From: Utricularia gibba
Taxonomy: Eukaryota; Plantae; Magnoliophyta
Direction: 5' to 3'
Assembly (NCBI GenBank): GCA_002189035.1
Contig: NEEC01000008.1
Coordinates: forward strand, 558,001-622,000
Length of the DNA stretch: 64,000 bases
This document shows positions 62,646-64,000 of the stretch, piece after piece. The position numbers and the translations under genes were made by a program. How positions within the stretch are numbered: the stretch's first letter is position 1; each line of letters starts with the position of its first letter. Below the pieces are notes generated by a model. The model was given only the letters and a program-made list of their open reading frames with translations. It made no database searches and had not been told where the DNA came from.

Positions 62646-63941
62646 TCAGCCAACGAGTCCCAAATTGAGAATTCCCATAGGATTCTGAGGCCAAGATCTG
62701 TCTTTGGCTTTGGTGGCAAGGACTCTTCCCCACGCCATCCACCCACCAAACGTCATTCTTTTGTCCCAAGCACTTCCCCATTCCAGCATCAGTCTCAGCC
62801 CTCTCTCCGCCGCTCTCTCGGCGGCTACAAACTTCCCCTGTCCCAGATATATCTGGGCGACAACTATGTATGGCTCTCCCACGAATGGGTTCTTCTCAAT
62901 GCTCTTCAAGAGCATTTCTTCAGCTTTCTCAAGGCCTAGTTCAGCGGTTTTACATAATGCTTCCCAGTACAAATCCCTTGCTACAGTTTGATCCTCTGGA
63001 TGGAGAATCCTCCTGCAGCAATCGAAAACAGGGGGAATCACTAACTCCAAATCCTCATCTCTGTCCTGAGGCACTCCTCTGCCATGCTCTCTCCCCTCAG
63101 TTTCCATGTAGATCTCTTCTTCTCTTGCTATCAATTTGTATATGGCAGCCATTCGTGACGCAGAGTTCATCCACAGTCCAGGCCTGCCGTCTCCTGGCCA
63201 CAGAGCACCTGTGACGTTGCTGCCGGAAAACTCCAGCCGTCCGTTTGAGTTCTCGAAAAGAGCGTCTTGAAAACTGAAAAGCTGGTCACTGAAATCTGCA
63301 ATGGTCATGAGAAGGAAAATCGCTACGAGTCTCCTCGAAACCAAAACCTCTTCCCCTGTTTTAATATGCTTCACCACAATTCCTTCCGGGGGGCAAATGG
63401 ACTGGATTTTCAGTCTCCAGGGTTCCACATCTTTGAGATTCTCTTCCCGGCGACTGTTCTCCGACGATCGGAGATGCTCCTCGAGCTCCGCGTCCGTGTA
63501 CTGGAAAAGAAGTAAGTCGTGAATCAGCTGCTGGCGAGGGACCACGCAGAAGAGGTGTATAAGCCGCTCGGCTGCGGGACCCACGTGCCCACGAACTATG
63601 TCTCGGCCGGCGGCAGAAGGCGGAAATATCGCGAGATTGACGTAGGAGTTTGAGTAGGCCGAGTGGAAGAGACCGCAGAGGCAGACATCATCCTGCGCCT
63701 TCCAGAACTTGAGTATCCGGTACACGTCCACCAAGTGTTCGAGGAAAGTACCGTGCTTGTGCCAGCACTCGCCAGCTCCGGCAGCTGTTAGCACGGCGAC
63801 GAGACGTGGCAGAGCGGGGTCCACTGCTTCGAGCTCTCCGCGCAGAAAGGGACGAGCAGTTTCCAGAAGCTCCTGCAGACTTCCGTCATCTGAGTTCGTT
63901 GTAGACGGTGTGATCTGCAATGAATCGGACGACGGTGCCAT
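62646..63941 (-). CDS. Conserved uncharacterised plant protein: N-terminal HD-like region (DUF6817-type) and C-terminal TPR, intronless, 431 aa
   Basis: GAGECWHKHGTFLEHL..VYRILK.W......CLCGLFHSAYSNSYVNLAIF; NPFVGEP..V.AQ.YL; WG..WDKRM...GW.AW.RV. The family name is from memory and was not searched. Confidence 0.88.
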   Translation of the reverse strand: MAPSSDSLQITPSTTNSDDGSLQELLETARPFLRGELEAVDPALPRLVAVLTAAGAGECWHKHGTFLEHLVDVYRILKFWKAQDDVCLCGLFHSAYSNSYVNLAIFPPSAAGRDIVRGHVGPAAERLIHLFCVVPRQQLIHDLLLFQYTDAELEEHLRSSENSRREENLKDVEPWRLKIQSICPPEGIVVKHIKTGEEVLVSRRLVAIFLLMTIADFSDQLFSFQDALFENSNGRLEFSGSNVTGALWPGDGRPGLWMNSASRMAAIYKLIAREEEIYMETEGREHGRGVPQDRDEDLELVIPPVFDCCRRILHPEDQTVARDLYWEALCKTAELGLEKAEEMLLKSIEKNPFVGEPYIVVAQIYLGQGKFVAAERAAERGLRLMLEWGSAWDKRMTFGGWMAWGRVLATKAKDRSWPQNPMGILNLGLVG

Positions 63942-64000
63942 GAAACTAAGAATCCGATCAGGTTTCGTGGATCAATACCGGATAAGAACTCCAGAAAATC

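Overview
Plant (eudicot-like) nuclear DNA. Gene-dense islands with mostly very short introns (about 65-100 nt) alternate with AT-rich stretches of decayed transposons. I reconstructed 17 protein-coding genes by hand: GEM/GRAM, LAX PANICLE2-like RAWUL, SAM-domain, serine carboxypeptidase-like, MEI2-like, AP2/ERF, mitochondrial Rieske, FKBP16-3, RPS27, HGSNAT-like, SIL1/Fes1-like, BTB-NPH3, nucleolin, FAD synthetase, TMEM53/DUF829, F-box/LRR, and an uncharacterised HD-like/TPR protein. Mobile DNA comprises two oppositely oriented Ty1/copia remnants, an internally deleted CRM-type Ty3/gypsy element with both LTRs plus a second LTR fragment, a truncated PIF/Harbinger element, and MULE and PMD fossils. 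Most notable: (i) a 20/21-nt inverted copy of the nucleolin RRM1 RNP2 codons just past the gene's own stop codon; (ii) an exact 21-nt repeat shared by a long intron and the neighbouring gene's CDS; (iii) telomere-motif palindromes at the PIF end; (iv) a centromere-type retroelement in gene-rich DNA; (v) three genes each one base short at a short homopolymer, which is more likely an assembly artefact than pseudogenisation. All identifications come from motif recognition by eye, with no database searches. The species cannot be determined. I found no CRISPR array, rRNA or tRNA gene, and no clearly new multi-gene system.
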